Assembly: GCA_041653595.1 (NCBI GenBank)
Contig: JBAZFB010000003.1
Coordinates: 346-64,345 of the forward strand
DNA: 64,000 nt
Direction of reading: 5' to 3'
DNA from: Candidatus Omnitrophota bacterium
Lineage (GTDB): Bacteria > Omnitrophota > Gorgyraeia > Pluralincolimonadales > Pluralincolimonadaceae
Shown: piece by piece, positions 37,234 to 45,198 of the stretch
Numbering within the stretch: the stretch's first letter is position 1
Layout of the letters: every line of letters begins with the position of its first letter
Notes under the pieces: generated by a model
Seen by the model: the letters and a program-made list of their open reading frames with translations, nothing else
What the model was told of the DNA's origin: nothing
Database searches by the model: none
Position numbers and translations under genes: made by a program

Positions 37234-37878
37234 ATGCCCGCGCCTTTTAACATACCGCGCATCCCAAAGGCCGACCTTGAGAAGATAGCGCTTATAGGGA
37301 TAGCGGGTTTTATAGTTGTGTTCAGCCTGATCCAGTTCCTGATGATCCCCTCTTTCCGCAAGTTAAGCGGGTTGAGGAAAGATATCATCAAGGAAACAGA
37401 GACCCTGAAAAAAGATGAGGCGCTCATAGCGAGCAAATCCCAGCTGCAGGCCCGGTTGACGGCGGCGCAGGAAAAACTCAAGGTTTATGAGAACGCCATG
37501 CCCCGTTACAGCGAAATGCCGGGTATCCTGCAGAAGATCGCGGAGGTCGCTTACGAAAATAAGGTCAAGATAATAAAGGTCGAGCCTCTCCGCACGGAGA
37601 AAGCCGAGCCGGCAAAAACCAAGGCTCCGCAGGCGAAACCCGGGGCAAAACCCGAGGCGAAAAAACCCGCCTCTATATATATGGAGATCCCTATACAGGT
37701 AGAGGTAAAAGGAGGCTATCACGCCATAGGCCAGTTCATAAACGGCGTCGAGACTGCCGTAAATATCATGTCGATAGGGGATATAGAGGTCAAGGCGAAC
37801 CCCGAGGATATGCAGAACCATAACGCCAGGCTACTGATAGTCGCTTATGTCCTGCGCGAGGAGACCCAATCGAAATGA
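37234..37878 (+). CDS. pilO: type IV pilus assembly protein PilO
   Basis: Single TM helix, coiled coil, a ferredoxin-like periplasmic domain and an Ala/Lys/Pro linker. Position between pilN and pilP. Confidence 0.75.
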   Translation: MPAPFNIPRIPKADLEKIALIGIAGFIVVFSLIQFLMIPSFRKLSGLRKDIIKETETLKKDEALIASKSQLQARLTAAQEKLKVYENAMPRYSEMPGILQKIAEVAYENKVKIIKVEPLRTEKAEPAKTKAPQAKPGAKPEAKKPASIYMEIPIQVEVKGGYHAIGQFINGVETAVNIMSIGDIEVKANPEDMQNHNARLLIVAYVLREETQSK

Positions 37879-38231
37879 GGAACGCGGCATTCATAGGGCT
37901 TTTGATCCTTATCGCGTTCGCGCCGTATGCCCCGGGGAACGAAAATTTCAAGTACGACCCCAAAAATAAACGCGACCCGTTCAGGCCCCTTGTCGACAGG
38001 GACGGCAACATACTTCCCGAAATGAGGGCGGTCACGGCCAATGTCGAACTGACCCTTGAGGGGATAGTCTGGTCCAGGAACGGGGATTCATACGCTATCG
38101 TAGGCGGTTCGGTCGTCAGGGCCGGGGATATCCTGGGAGATTATAAGGTCAAAAATATAGAGAAGACGCGGGTGATCCTCGAAAGAGGCGGCGAAGAATC
38201 AGTCATAAATTTGAGAGGCGAGGAGGAATAA
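37875..38231 (+). CDS. pilP: type IV pilus assembly protein PilP-like
   Basis: Signal peptide and the RDPFRPL motif characteristic of PilP, in a small beta domain; precedes pilQ. Confidence 0.7.
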   Translation: MRNAAFIGLLILIAFAPYAPGNENFKYDPKNKRDPFRPLVDRDGNILPEMRAVTANVELTLEGIVWSRNGDSYAIVGGSVVRAGDILGDYKVKNIEKTRVILERGGEESVINLRGEEE

Positions 38232-38232
38232 C

Positions 38233-39999
38233 ATGTCCAAGCGCGAAAAGATCTCAGTCGTAGGCGTCGTGTTTTTGAGCGCGTTTTTTTACGGGTCCGC
38301 GTGCGGGCAGGAGCCGCCGGCCGCGCCGACCGCGGAAGCCGTTCCGCCGCCGGCCGCGGTAGAGCAGCCTGTCGCCGCGCAGCCTGTCGCCGTTTTGCAG
38401 CAGGAGACCGCGGAGGAGAAGAGCACCGTGACCCTTGATTTTAAGGATGCCGATATACAGAATGTCCTCCGGGTGCTGGCTTACAAGAGCGGCGTAAATA
38501 TCGTTACGGGCAAGGAGGTCGCGGGGACCATCACTATACGGCTTGTGGATGTGCCGTGGGAACAGGCGCTGGACGTTATCCTCAACACATACGGTTTCGC
38601 GTATGAACGCGAAGGCAACATCATCACGGTCTCGACCGTTGACGCCCTGAAGGAACGCAGGGAGAAGAAGAAGGAATTGACCGAGATAGAGGGCGTCACC
38701 AGCAAGGTCTTCAATTTACAGTATCTCGACGCGCAGGACGCCAAGAAGATGCTCGAGCCGCAGTTGTCGCCGCAGGGCAAGATATCGGTCCTTGAGGTGA
38801 CCGGGCAGAAAGGGTGGAAGATCGGCGTGCCGCAAGCCGGCGGCCAGTCGACGGATGAAGGCAAAGAGAGAAGGGAAAGGGAAAACTCCAGGTCGCGCTC
38901 GCTGGTGGTGACCGATACGTTGACCTATCTTGACAGGATGTCTAAGATATTAAAAGAGATGGATGTCAAGCCCGTCCAGATCCTTATAGAGGCGAGGATA
39001 ATGGAGGTCAGCAAGAACGTCCTGAGGGATATAGGGATGGAGTGGAGCACCGGGTCAAGGCTGCAGAACCACCAGGCTTTGACTACGGCAGGGGCCCTTA
39101 ACGGCGGGGTCAAAGTGAAGTTCGGCAGCGCTTCTAAGACGACAGGCACGATATCGGGAAGCAATTATTCGCAATCGGAGCCTACCGACCCTCTCGGTTA
39201 CCAGCCTTCGAATTTCAACCCGCTTGCCACGAACCTCAACCCTTATAACGCGGGGCTCCAGCTGCTCTACCAGAAACTCTTCGGGACGCAGATGGAAGCT
39301 ATGGTCCACGCGCTTGAGGAAGACGTGAGGACCAATACGCTGTCCGCGCCTAAGATACTGACGCTTTCCGGCCAGGAAGCGATCATCCTTATAGGCACGA
39401 AGTATCCCATAGTCGAGAGCAGTGTTTCGGGCACTTCAGGTACCGCGACAGAGAACCTGGCTTATTACCAGGATATAGGCGTCCAGCTTTATGTAGTCCC
39501 CCAGGTAAGCGGTGACGAAAAATTCATCAACATGATAGTCCATCCGGTCATTTCCGAGAGGACGGCGCTCACCGTCGGGTTGAATGATTACCCGGTCATA
39601 GACACGAGAGAGACGGAGACCCAGATCTTGATGGCGGACGGCGAAACGATAGTAATCGGCGGCCTTCTCAGGAACGTAAAGTCAAAGAGCAGGATAGGGA
39701 TACCGATATTGGGAGATATCCCGGTAATCGGCAACCTCTTTTCGCGGGCGACCAACAATACCGATAAAATAGACCTCCTTATATTCATAACGGCAAGGGT
39801 TGTAAGGCCGGGAGAGTTCACCGACCAGGAGATGGCGATGGTCAAGCAGGCCTTGGAGGCCGGGCAGGCCAATGTCACCCCCGCAGCCGAGCCGGAGAAG
39901 AAGGAGAAGAAGAAGGAAGACAAGAAGAAAGAGAAACCGGCCGCGCCGGTGGCCGCGGAAGGATTCAGCAAGTCTAACAGGGGTTATTTAAGCAAATAA
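38233..39999 (+). CDS. pilQ: type IV pilus secretin PilQ
   Basis: Signal peptide, Pro/Ala-rich linker, secretin-N STN-like domain (VTLDFKDADIQNVLRVLA), and a C-terminal secretin domain (GETIVIGGL...IPILGDIPVIGNLF). Lys/Glu-rich tail. Confidence 0.9.
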   Translation: MSKREKISVVGVVFLSAFFYGSACGQEPPAAPTAEAVPPPAAVEQPVAAQPVAVLQQETAEEKSTVTLDFKDADIQNVLRVLAYKSGVNIVTGKEVAGTITIRLVDVPWEQALDVILNTYGFAYEREGNIITVSTVDALKERREKKKELTEIEGVTSKVFNLQYLDAQDAKKMLEPQLSPQGKISVLEVTGQKGWKIGVPQAGGQSTDEGKERRERENSRSRSLVVTDTLTYLDRMSKILKEMDVKPVQILIEARIMEVSKNVLRDIGMEWSTGSRLQNHQALTTAGALNGGVKVKFGSASKTTGTISGSNYSQSEPTDPLGYQPSNFNPLATNLNPYNAGLQLLYQKLFGTQMEAMVHALEEDVRTNTLSAPKILTLSGQEAIILIGTKYPIVESSVSGTSGTATENLAYYQDIGVQLYVVPQVSGDEKFINMIVHPVISERTALTVGLNDYPVIDTRETETQILMADGETIVIGGLLRNVKSKSRIGIPILGDIPVIGNLFSRATNNTDKIDLLIFITARVVRPGEFTDQEMAMVKQALEAGQANVTPAAEPEKKEKKKEDKKKEKPAAPVAAEGFSKSNRGYLSK

Positions 40000-40301
40000 T
40001 GCGCTACAAGGAGGAAGCAGTGAAAAGGGTTTTTTTCGCGTTAATTCTTATGTCGGTGATCATTCTCCCGTTGGCGGCGCAGGATAACAAGAGCTCCGAT
40101 TTTGACGCCGCTTTCCAGGACGCCACACAGATGTCGCCGGCCGGGAACGAAGGGGCCAGAGGCACGGACATACTCATCAGGGATACCACCAGCGTCCTGC
40201 ACAGGGAGCAGATGGCGATACTCGACGAACTCGCGAAGCTGCGCAAGGAGATCGCCGACCTGAAGAAAGACATCAAGACCATAAAGGGCCAGGTTGAATA
40301 A
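39999..40301 (+). CDS. hypothetical secreted protein with a C-terminal coiled coil
   Basis: Signal peptide (FFALILMSVIILPLAAQD), then EQMAILDELAKLRKEIADLKKDIKTIKGQ heptads. Translationally coupled to the pilQ stop. Confidence 0.55.
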   Translation: MRYKEEAVKRVFFALILMSVIILPLAAQDNKSSDFDAAFQDATQMSPAGNEGARGTDILIRDTTSVLHREQMAILDELAKLRKEIADLKKDIKTIKGQVE

Positions 40302-40596
40302 TTACCGGGTCGTATTCGCCAAGAAAGAGCAGATGAAGTTCATCTCGCATCTCGATCTCGCCCGGCTTTTCCAGCGGGCGGCCCGCCGCGCCGGCATATC
40401 CCTCATGATCTCGCAGGGGTTCAGCCCGAGGCCAAAGATAAGTTTTAAACGCGCGTTGAAGCTCGGCGTGGAGAGCGAGGCCGAGGAAGCGGTATTCCAT
40501 CTCAAGGATATGATATCGAAAGAGGATTTCGGTAACAGATTGCAGGCGCAATTGCCTGGAGGGATAGTCATTAAAAATATAGAGGAAATAAATTAA
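40294..40596 (+). CDS. DUF2344/TIGR03936-family protein (short form)
   Basis: KFISHLDLARLFQRAARRAGISLMISQGFSPRPKISF matches the conserved DUF2344 N-terminal region. Only 100 aa, whereas the family is usually about twice as long, often fused to TIGR03960. Confidence 0.7.
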   Translation: MNNYRVVFAKKEQMKFISHLDLARLFQRAARRAGISLMISQGFSPRPKISFKRALKLGVESEAEEAVFHLKDMISKEDFGNRLQAQLPGGIVIKNIEEIN

Positions 40597-42089
40597 TGGG
40601 AAAAGAAATTTTAATCAACATCGAGCCGCAGGAGACAAGGCTCGCGGTGCTCGAGAACAAGGTCCTCGAGGAGTTTTCGGTCGAGAGGCTGGGCGAGAAG
40701 AGGCTCGTCGGCAATGTCATCAAGGGCAGGGTGAACTCTGTCGTGCCGGCGGTCAAGGCCGCGTTCGTCGGACTCGGGTTGGAGAAGAACGGTTATCTAT
40801 ATCTCGCGGATATCGTCGGTATAGGAATGGATTTCGAATCGATCGACAAGGAAGAGGAAGTGGTAAGGCCTCCCAGGGGCATACAGCCGCACCAGTCGAT
40901 AGACCAGCTGGTAAAAAAAGGACAGGAAGTCCTCGTCCAGGTGACTAAGGAGCCGTTCGGCACGAAGGGCGCGCGCCTCACTACCCATATCTCATTACCC
41001 GGCCGCTATATAGTTTTATTGCCGTACGACAGGCACCTCGGGATCTCGCGCCGCATATCGGACGATAAGGAACGCGCGCGGCTTAAGGATATATTGAGGG
41101 GGCTTGAAGTCCCGAAGGAGATGGGCGTCATAATCAGGACCGCGGGCATCGGGCAATCCAAGCGGGAACTCGGCAGGGACCTCAAATATCTCTTGGGCAT
41201 CTGGAGGAAGATAAAATTCGGCGCGGCGAAGAAACAGGCGCCGGCCCAGCTGCATGAGGAATATGACCTGGTGCTCAGGGTCGCGCGGGATTACCTTACC
41301 GAGGACGTCGAGAAACTTATAATAGACAACCGCGACGAATACAGGAAGATACAGCATTTCCTTAGCGCGGTCGCCCCTCACCTCAGGCCTAAAGTCGAAC
41401 TTTATGAAGGCGACATCCCGCTTTACGACAGGAAGGGCATAGAGAAGGACGTCGAGAAATTATTCGAGCGCAAAGTCCCGCTGAGATGCGGCGGTTATAT
41501 CGTCATCGAGCCGACCGAAGGGCTCGTCGCGATAGACGTCAACAGCGGGAAGTTCACCGAGAAGAAGAGCCTCGAGGAGACGGCCTTCGCCGTGAATATG
41601 GAAGCCGCCCGCGAAGTCGCGCGCCAGATTCGCCTACGCGACCTCGGCGGCATTATCGTGATCGATTTCATCGACATGATGCAGGCCGGCAAGAGGCGCA
41701 AGGTCTTCGAGGCGCTCACTGACTCGTTGAAGCGTGACAAGGCGAAGACCGACGTCTCACCGCTCTCAGAGATCTGCCTCGTCGAGATGACGCGCCAGAG
41801 GATGCGCCGCAGCGTCGAGAGCATGTCATTCCGCGAATGCCCGTATTGCCAGGGCAGGGGCCTCATCAAATCCGTATCAACGGTATCCATCCAGGCATTA
41901 AGGAAAGTCAAAAAATATCTTAAGGAGACGAAGAAGAAACAGGTCGAACTCCTCGTGAACCCCGAGGTCACCTCGCGCCTCTTCAACGAGGACCGCCAGG
42001 CGATAGAATCGATCGAGCGCGTCTTCCACGCCAAGATCATCATCAAGGCCGACCCGCTGCTCCATGTCGAAGAGATAAAACTTATCTAA
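40596..42089 (+). CDS. rng: ribonuclease G (RNase E/G family)
   Basis: N-terminal S1 domain (GNVIKGRVNSVVPAVKAAFVGLG), DNase-I-like catalytic core, a zinc link CPYCQGRG, about 497 aa. Confidence 0.85.
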   Translation: MGKEILINIEPQETRLAVLENKVLEEFSVERLGEKRLVGNVIKGRVNSVVPAVKAAFVGLGLEKNGYLYLADIVGIGMDFESIDKEEEVVRPPRGIQPHQSIDQLVKKGQEVLVQVTKEPFGTKGARLTTHISLPGRYIVLLPYDRHLGISRRISDDKERARLKDILRGLEVPKEMGVIIRTAGIGQSKRELGRDLKYLLGIWRKIKFGAAKKQAPAQLHEEYDLVLRVARDYLTEDVEKLIIDNRDEYRKIQHFLSAVAPHLRPKVELYEGDIPLYDRKGIEKDVEKLFERKVPLRCGGYIVIEPTEGLVAIDVNSGKFTEKKSLEETAFAVNMEAAREVARQIRLRDLGGIIVIDFIDMMQAGKRRKVFEALTDSLKRDKAKTDVSPLSEICLVEMTRQRMRRSVESMSFRECPYCQGRGLIKSVSTVSIQALRKVKKYLKETKKKQVELLVNPEVTSRLFNEDRQAIESIERVFHAKIIIKADPLLHVEEIKLI

Positions 42090-42095
42090 ATCTAA

Positions 42096-42194
42096 TCTTG
42101 AAATTTAAGTCTCGCTCGGCCTTACTTTATTACTCGGGCCGATATATCGGCCCTGCGTCATAAACCGGCTCTTCGCGAGACTTAAATTTCAAGG
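42096..42194. repeat. ~99 bp intergenic element with 20 bp perfect terminal inverted repeats (copy B)
   Basis: TCTTGAAATTTAAGTCTCGC...GCGAGACTTAAATTTCAAGG, with a central perfect palindrome GGGCCGATATATCGGCCC. The interior is the reverse complement of copy A at 1215-1313. Confidence 0.7.
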
Positions 42195-42222
42195 TAAACA
42201 TCAAGATAAACAAAATCCGAGT

Positions 42223-42744
42223 ATGTCCACCAAGATAGAAATTGTTCAAGGCGATGTCACGACATTGGCTGTTGACGCTATCGTCAACGCCGCGAACAAG
42301 ACATTGCTCGGCGGCGGGGGAGTAGACGGCGCGATACACCGAGCAGCCGGCCCGAAACTCCTCGCCGAATGCGCCACCCTCGGCGGATGCGAGACAGGCG
42401 GGGCGAAGATAACAAAGGGCTATAACCTCCCGGCGAAACACGTGATACACACGGTCGGCCCTGTCTGGCGCGACGGCAAGCACAACGAGCCGGAACTGCT
42501 CACCTCATGCTACCTCAACTCGCTGAACCTCGCCAAGGAGCACGGCCTCAAAACCATCGCTTTTCCGTCCATCTCCACCGGGGTCTACAGGTTTCCCATC
42601 GAATTAGCCGCTCCCATCGCCCTCATGACCACGCAGGATTTCATCACCCAAAACCCCGGCGTTCTGGAGAAGATTATTTTTGTCCTTTTTTCTTCCCAGG
42701 ATTTTAATATATATGATACTATATTAGAAAAGGATACGGCTTGA
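42223..42744 (+). CDS. ymdB: macro-domain protein (O-acetyl-ADP-ribose deacetylase, YmdB-like)
   Basis: IVQGDVTTLAVDAIVNAANKTLLGGGGVDGAIHRAAG is the macro-domain signature; about 173 aa. Confidence 0.85.
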   Translation: MSTKIEIVQGDVTTLAVDAIVNAANKTLLGGGGVDGAIHRAAGPKLLAECATLGGCETGGAKITKGYNLPAKHVIHTVGPVWRDGKHNEPELLTSCYLNSLNLAKEHGLKTIAFPSISTGVYRFPIELAAPIALMTTQDFITQNPGVLEKIIFVLFSSQDFNIYDTILEKDTA

Positions 42745-42775
42745 ACGGATTGTCCAAGCTATATACTTACATTAA

Positions 42776-43339
42776 ATGAAAAATTTAATTTTTATATTAA
42801 TAATTCCACTATTACGCGCTTTGATTTATTATAACCACGCTTCTTATCTTCATACAGCTTTGCAATGGCATGATAAGTGGCTTGATGGGAAAACAGACGA
42901 TGCAACAGTTAAAGAAAAAGAGGTTTCTCAGAAAGCTCAAAAATGGATTCAGGCAAATATTTTAGAAATTAAACATCGAGTGATCAACATAGGGGTTGAA
43001 GATCCAGCTTTTACTGCTATGGAACCAGTAGGATTAGGTTTTGGACAACAGAGAAATTATAGCGGTTTAGATAATTTACTTTTCTTAAATGTAAAAATAC
43101 TTGGACCCGCTCGAAATGCCATATTGCAGGCGGAAGGAACGTACAAAACACAAGCAATGCTTAGTTTCAGTCCATTATATTGGATAGAAATGATAATTTT
43201 TCTCCCAAGAGAAATTATTAAAATGGCGGGATTTAAAGAAATTTCAAGGAAGTTTCAACCGATTGTAAATACGGTACAATTAGTTTATTGGTTAGTAATG
43301 ATTTTTTATACCGTAAATTTGATAATTAAAAATAAATAA
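42776..43339 (+). CDS. hypothetical membrane protein encoded in AT-rich DNA
   Basis: 187 aa with N- and C-terminal hydrophobic helices, no recognisable motif and no SD sequence. Clearly lower GC than the flanks. Confidence 0.5.
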   Translation: MKNLIFILIIPLLRALIYYNHASYLHTALQWHDKWLDGKTDDATVKEKEVSQKAQKWIQANILEIKHRVINIGVEDPAFTAMEPVGLGFGQQRNYSGLDNLLFLNVKILGPARNAILQAEGTYKTQAMLSFSPLYWIEMIIFLPREIIKMAGFKEISRKFQPIVNTVQLVYWLVMIFYTVNLIIKNK

Positions 43340-43392
43340 GGCGGGAAAGAGGTCAAGTTCTAAAGTGACATGTCCTCGATAAGATTTCTTGC

Positions 43393-43421
43393 TTGACAGA
43401 GGTTGAAAATATGGGTACTAT
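43393..43421 (+). promoter_or_regulatory. sigma70-like promoter TTGACA-17-TACTAT inside the AT-rich islet
   Basis: Perfect -35 hexamer and a 17 nt spacer. It is followed about 90 nt later by an intrinsic terminator with no protein-sized ORF in between. Confidence 0.4.
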
Positions 43422-43427
43422 GAGGTA

Positions 43428-43534
43428 TACTTAAAATGGATTGGAAGAAGGGGTATAAAATGAAACCGACAAATGGTGGATAATTAGAAGTTTTCTTAGC
43501 CATAGAAAAAAAGGAACCGAGAGGTTCCTTTTTT
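43428..43534 (+). ncRNA. candidate ~105 nt small RNA (promoter-to-terminator unit)
   Basis: Inferred only from the promoter at 43393-43421 and the terminator at 43513-43534. The only ORF is a 15-codon one (MDWKKGYKMKPTNGG) with no RBS. Confidence 0.25.
43513..43534. terminator. bidirectional intrinsic terminator between convergent islet genes
   Basis: A-run, GGAACC-gaga-GGTTCC hairpin, T-run. It serves the minus-strand gene ending at 43533 and the plus-strand unit. Confidence 0.6.
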
Positions 43535-44399
43535 ATTTGGATAGGTAAGATTCATATTCTTCAATGTCCTTGGGTTTTAATATCCCCGCGCTAAGTAAAT
43601 CTCCTTTATATGCATTCAATATTTCCTTAGCCTCTTTTTTAATTAAAGGGTCTTTTACAGCATATTGTTTTACTACATAAGGAAAATTTTCAACTAAATG
43701 CATGACATGATATTTTTTTCCTATAGTGAGAGAAATTCTAGCATATTTTAAAGCTTCATCGTATTTAGCATGATTTCCACTTTCTGCGTAATAATATGAC
43801 AGATTTCCGCAAATAGTTCCCCATAAGATTTGGTCATCTTTACTTCTTGGTTTTGCCTCTGTGCATGCTTTCTTAAAGAATATAAGAGCTTTTTCGGTTA
43901 ATTCAATGGCTCGGTCATTTACTTTTTGTTCCCATCTGCTCAGTCCGTCATTTCTATAGAGTATCGCTAAGGCTATATTCATTTCCCTCGAGTTTTCTAG
44001 GATATCGGTCTTAATTTTCTTAAATTCAGTACTACTGTCTGCCCAATCCTTGATTTGTTTATTTAAAAGCATAGGAATAACGAACTTCCAGCCTAGAAAA
44101 CCGAACAGCGTAATAAAAAGCGTAATAAGCGCTCCCGTGAAGGTATATGTCCATTGTATTGAGGAAAAAACACCGTTAGAGGCTTTAAAATTTCTCTCGG
44201 CCAATTCGCAATATAGTTTGGCGTTAATTGAATCAATAGTAGTTGCATTCGGGTTAGATATATAAGTTTGATTTTTAGATTGATGGGTAAGATTGTTAAT
44301 CGGGTAGAAAAGCTGTTTAGTAATAACTATATCTTTTATTAATAATAACAATAGGCTCCCTAAGATTAGCAACATTACAAAAAACTTAAGTATTTTCAT
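43533..44399 (-). CDS. hypothetical 2-TM membrane protein with an alpha-helical soluble domain, AT-rich
   Basis: 288 aa with TM helices near residues 5-22 and 87-107, then a helical domain with no recognisable motif. AAGGAG RBS 7 nt upstream on the minus strand. Confidence 0.55.
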   Translation of the reverse strand: MKILKFFVMLLILGSLLLLLIKDIVITKQLFYPINNLTHQSKNQTYISNPNATTIDSINAKLYCELAERNFKASNGVFSSIQWTYTFTGALITLFITLFGFLGWKFVIPMLLNKQIKDWADSSTEFKKIKTDILENSREMNIALAILYRNDGLSRWEQKVNDRAIELTEKALIFFKKACTEAKPRSKDDQILWGTICGNLSYYYAESGNHAKYDEALKYARISLTIGKKYHVMHLVENFPYVVKQYAVKDPLIKKEAKEILNAYKGDLLSAGILKPKDIEEYESYLSK

Positions 44400-44417
44400 T
44401 TGTACTCCTTTGTAAAT

Positions 44418-44446
44418 ATTATAGGATACTAAATTAAGAAAATCAA
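44418..44446 (-). promoter_or_regulatory. candidate minus-strand promoter TTGATT-17-TATAAT for the 2-TM gene
   Basis: Hexamers read on the reverse complement. The resulting leader would be very short. Confidence 0.35.
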
Positions 44447-44798
44447 ATAGTAAGTAGGGACGCTACGGAAGGGGATATTTTTGTCTGTAAGGTGATGCTA
44501 AGGACGGAGATTTTGGATTGGGAAATTCGAGCGGGCTGGGCTGCTAAAGTTTGCCATGACGACCAGGCAATCCGGTGAGCGAAGAGGCGATTAGTTGCGT
44601 AGGTCTTTATTTAGTTCAAGCGGGTGACTGCCGACGGAGCCCTTGCCCGCGAACCGAGTGAGCGGGCGAGGTGCTCGGCAGGCAGGACCCGCCTGACTCG
44701 GTTTCCCTTGCCTAAACGGTTGTACTTTTTGCGGCAATCCGCAAAAAGTACTGCGCAGGCTTCGGGATGATTTTCCACGTGAAAGACTGGAAAATCAA

Positions 44799-44827
44799 TT
44801 GACACTTTTGCCATTTTAAGGTATAAT
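44799..44827 (+). promoter_or_regulatory. consensus sigma70 promoter TTGACA-17-TATAAT for the rplU-rpmA-obg operon
   Basis: Both hexamers are perfect with a 17 nt spacer. AGGAG RBS and the rplU ATG lie about 45 nt downstream. Confidence 0.6.
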
Positions 44828-44874
44828 CTCCCGAAATCCGTAATTCCCAATAAAATAAGAGAAGGAGTATCTCT

Positions 44875-45189
44875 ATGTACGCCGTAATAATGACAGGCGG
44901 GAAGCAATATAAGGTCGAAAAAGGCGCCACCATCACGGTTGAGCGCCTGACGCATCCCGAAAAAGACAATGAAGTTACGATAAAAGACGTGCTCATGGTC
45001 CACGATGGGAAGGAAGTCAAGTTCGGCAGGCCTTTCCTCAAGGACGCCAAGGTGGTCTGCGAAGTCGTATCCGACTTCAGGGGCAAGAAGCTGATGTCCT
45101 ATAAGTACAGGAGACGGAAGGACTCGCACTGGAAGAAGGGCCACCGCCAGGAGTTGACGAAACTTAAGATAAAAGAGATAAAGGTTTAG
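44875..45189 (+). CDS. rplU: 50S ribosomal protein L21
   Basis: MYAVIMTGGKQYKVEKG is the L21 signature. Confidence 0.95.
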   Translation: MYAVIMTGGKQYKVEKGATITVERLTHPEKDNEVTIKDVLMVHDGKEVKFGRPFLKDAKVVCEVVSDFRGKKLMSYKYRRRKDSHWKKGHRQELTKLKIKEIKV

Positions 45190-45198
45190 GAGGAGACA

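Noticed and set aside
43446-43493. 15-codon ORF (MDWKKGYKMKPTNGG) inside the sRNA-like unit
   Set aside because: No RBS, and a hydrophilic product with no features. The unit is better explained as a non-coding RNA, if it is expressed at all.
44484-44567. 27-codon ORF (MLRTEILDWEIRAGWAAKVCHDDQAIR) in the GC-rich spacer
   Set aside because: The SD-like AAGGTG abuts the ATG with zero spacing, and nothing suggests conservation. Treated as non-coding.
44440-44800. Possible RNase P RNA, tmRNA, SRP RNA, 6S RNA or tRNA in the rplU-upstream spacer
   Set aside because: It lacks the conserved GGAAAGUCCGG/GGUGAAA (RNase P), tag-peptide plus CCA-3' tRNA-like end (tmRNA), GGAA-tetraloop helix 8 (SRP RNA) and T-loop GTTCRANYC contexts. 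Left as an unexplained structured region.
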